Shown here in pieces: positions 62,439-64,000 of a stretch of 64,000 nt of DNA. How positions within the stretch are numbered: position 1 is the first letter of the stretch; each line of letters starts with the position of its first letter. A program made the translations under genes and the position numbers. The stretch covers positions 16,959-80,958 of the forward strand of contig CANQAM010000003.1 of the NCBI GenBank assembly GCA_947589325.1, in the 5' to 3' direction. The notes under the pieces are model-generated. The model was not told the DNA's origin, ran no database searches, and saw only the letters and a list, made by a program, of their open reading frames with translations. The stretch comes from an uncultured Bacteroidales bacterium. Lineage in GTDB: Bacteria; Bacteroidota; Bacteroidia; Bacteroidales; UBA11471.

Positions 62439-62470
62439 GCCGTCCTGCCTCACGCAGGGCGGCTTTTTTT
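62439..62470 (+). terminator. Rho-independent terminator after maa
   Basis: gccgtcctgc-ctcac-gcagggcggc followed by ttttttt. Confidence 0.75.
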
Positions 62471-62558
62471 ATGCTTTCCGTTGCCGACGTTTACCGGATT
62501 TTTTTCTTTTGCCTCGAGGTTACGGACAATAATCGTCCGCTATTTCCTTGTCAAAAAA

Positions 62559-62673
62559 TGGAAAAACGGCAAAAACTGGGCAATTTTATATTGGAAAAGC
62601 GGCAAAAATTCCATTATTTTCCTTGGAAAAACGGCGAAAACAGTATATATTTGTCATGGAAAAGCGGCAAAAA
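62559..62673 (+). repeat. Four direct copies of a 17-bp motif TGGAAAARCGGCRAAAA spaced 32-33 bp apart
   Basis: Copies at 62559-62575, 62592-62608, 62624-62640 and 62657-62673, each with at most 2 substitutions. They lie in the intergenic region upstream of the DUF4143-type ATPase gene. Confidence 0.85.
62647..62654 (+). promoter_or_regulatory. -7 promoter motif TATATTTG upstream of the AAA ATPase gene, between repeat copies 3 and 4
   Basis: Exact TAnnTTTG match 57 nt upstream of ATG 62711. Confidence 0.45.
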
Positions 62674-62710
62674 AATAATTACCTCGCTGTAAATCAAATA
62701 TAAACAAATT

Positions 62711-64000
62711 ATGATTCGAAGAAAAATAGATGCCTATCTCCGGAATTATTACGCGCACACGCGCAGTGCTTTGTTGGTTACCGGTGCCCGACAAACCGGC
62801 AAGACATTTTCGATTCGGGAATTTGGCAAGACGTTCAAAAGTTTTATCGAGATCAATTTTGTGGAGAATCCCGATGCGGTGGAAATATTCAAGGGGGCAA
62901 AGAGTGCCGCCGAGATTCTGCTCCGCATTTCGGCAATGACGGCGACGCCGCTTGTCAAAGGTCGGACATTGATTTTTTTCGACGAGGTGCAGCGGTGTCC
63001 GGATATAGTAACGGCCATTAAATTTTTGGTCGATGAAGGCTCTTACCGATACATTTTGAGCGGTTCGCTGCTGGGTGTGGAGTTGCGCGACCTGCGTTCC
63101 GAGCCGGTAGGGTATATGGGCGTCAAGGAGATGTATCCGCTCGATTTCGAGGAGTTTATTACTTGTGTTGGCATCGACGGACAGGTCGTCGCCGCGTTGC
63201 GTTCGGCGTGGGAGCATCGCACGCCGGTCGATGCGTTCGTCCACCGGAAAATCATGGAACTGTTCCGCCTCTATCTGCTGGTGGGCGGTATGCCTGCGGT
63301 GGTGAGCAAGTATATGGAAAACAATAATTTGCAGGAAGTCATGTCGATACAGCAGGATATTATCCGGCTCTACAAGCGCGATATTGCCCAATATGATTTG
63401 AAAGACAAACTCTATCTCGAGGAGATATTCGAGCTTATCCCGCCGGAACTCAATGCGAAAAACAAACGCTTCATTTTGAAACGGCTGAATGAAAATGCGA
63501 AATTCGACCGCTGCGAAACCGGTTTCGTTTGGCTGAAAAATGCCGGCGTGGCATTGCCGGTGTACAACGTGGCGGAGCCGAAGATGCCTTTGTTGCTTGC
63601 CCGTTCACGAAATCTGTTCAAACTTTTTCTGAACGATGTCGGATTGTTGGCGGCACAATATGCCGAGGGCATTCAACTGCGTATCATCAAGGGCGACAAG
63701 AATATAAATTACGGTGCAATATACGAGAATGCGGTGGCGCAGGAGTTGGTGGCGCACGGGTTGGAGCCTTACTACTATAACAACAAAAAACGCGGTGAGG
63801 TCGATTTTGTCGTTGAACTCGGCGGTGCGGTGCTGCCTCTGGAAGTGAAATCGGGCAAGGACTACGAGAGCCATCGCGCCTTGTCGAACATCATGGCGTG
63901 CGAAGAATACGACCTGCCGGAAGCAATCGTTTTCAATAACGACAACCTGCGCGTGGCGGGTAAAATCGTGTATGCCCCGATTTATATGGTGATGTTTCTC
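62711..64000 (+). CDS. AAA-family ATPase with DUF4143-type C-terminal domain (COG1373-like), 3' end beyond the window
   Basis: My own translation of the open frame from ATG 62711, which is not in the ORF track because no stop is reached: MIRRKIDAYLRNYYAHTRSALLVTGARQTGKTF (Walker A), LIFFDEVQRCP (Walker B), later EVDFVVELGGAVLPLEVKSG (restriction-endonuclease-like DUF4143 region). Confidence 0.8.
   Translation, partial: MIRRKIDAYLRNYYAHTRSALLVTGARQTGKTFSIREFGKTFKSFIEINFVENPDAVEIFKGAKSAAEILLRISAMTATPLVKGRTLIFFDEVQRCPDIVTAIKFLVDEGSYRYILSGSLLGVELRDLRSEPVGYMGVKEMYPLDFEEFITCVGIDGQVVAALRSAWEHRTPVDAFVHRKIMELFRLYLLVGGMPAVVSKYMENNNLQEVMSIQQDIIRLYKRDIAQYDLKDKLYLEEIFELIPPELNAKNKRFILKRLNENAKFDRCETGFVWLKNAGVALPVYNVAEPKMPLLLARSRNLFKLFLNDVGLLAAQYAEGIQLRIIKGDKNINYGAIYENAVAQELVAHGLEPYYYNNKKRGEVDFVVELGGAVLPLEVKSGKDYESHRALSNIMACEEYDLPEAIVFNNDNLRVAGKIVYAPIYMVMFL

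Noticed and set aside
62559-62673. Possible CRISPR array
   Set aside because: There are only four 17-bp repeats with 15-16-bp spacers. There are no cas genes, and the repeats overlap a promoter. This fits an operator or iteron-like array, not CRISPR.
62654-63391. 245-aa minus-strand ORF
   Set aside because: It is antisense to the AAA ATPase (DUF4143) gene, whose Walker A and B motifs are clear on the plus strand.

Overview
This is a chromosomal segment of a fairly high-GC member of the Bacteroidales (phylum Bacteroidota). The assignment rests on a SusC/SusD pair, a frdCAB-type fumarate reductase operon, a T9SS-type C-terminal sorting domain, and many TAnnTTTG (-7) promoter motifs just upstream of genes and RNA genes. 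Most of the window is core housekeeping: rpsT, gyrB, rnr, parE, coaD, an S41 protease, HU, two rhomboid proteases, frdCAB, a THUMP methyltransferase, a DPP-IV-like S9 peptidase, purD, an MsbA-like ABC exporter, ogt, rplS, cdd, dnaX, rpsP and ruvC. It also holds 8 tRNA genes or fragments, one degenerate tRNA copy, and an SRP RNA. The accessory content is as follows. (1) 32.8-35.1 kb: a three-gene overlapping operon of a GNAT-like protein, a PP-loop PAPS-reductase-like protein and a ParB/Srx-like protein (IbrA/IbrB-like, architecturally parallel to DndC/DndB). I consider this the best candidate for an uncharacterised nucleic-acid modification, regulatory or defence module. (2) 24.6-28.0 kb: a lower-GC pair of an acidic lipoprotein and an outer-membrane beta-barrel, function unknown. 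(3) 38.5-54.0 kb: a glycan-utilisation region with a TPR/LuxR transmembrane regulator, susCD, a LysO/DUF340-led GH2 plus GH63-like operon, and a separately promoted GH3. (4) 59.5-61.8 kb: a ~220-bp direct duplication of the whole tRNA-Ala locus bracketing a ~30% GC insertion that encodes a PstS-like protein with a T9SS C-terminal domain. (5) 62.56-62.67 kb: four 17-bp direct repeats at 32-33-bp spacing over the promoter of a DUF4143-type AAA ATPase. I found no CRISPR array, rRNA, integrase or transposase. Many long ORFs in the supplied track are antisense shadows of real genes or 5' over-extensions. I trimmed or rejected these.
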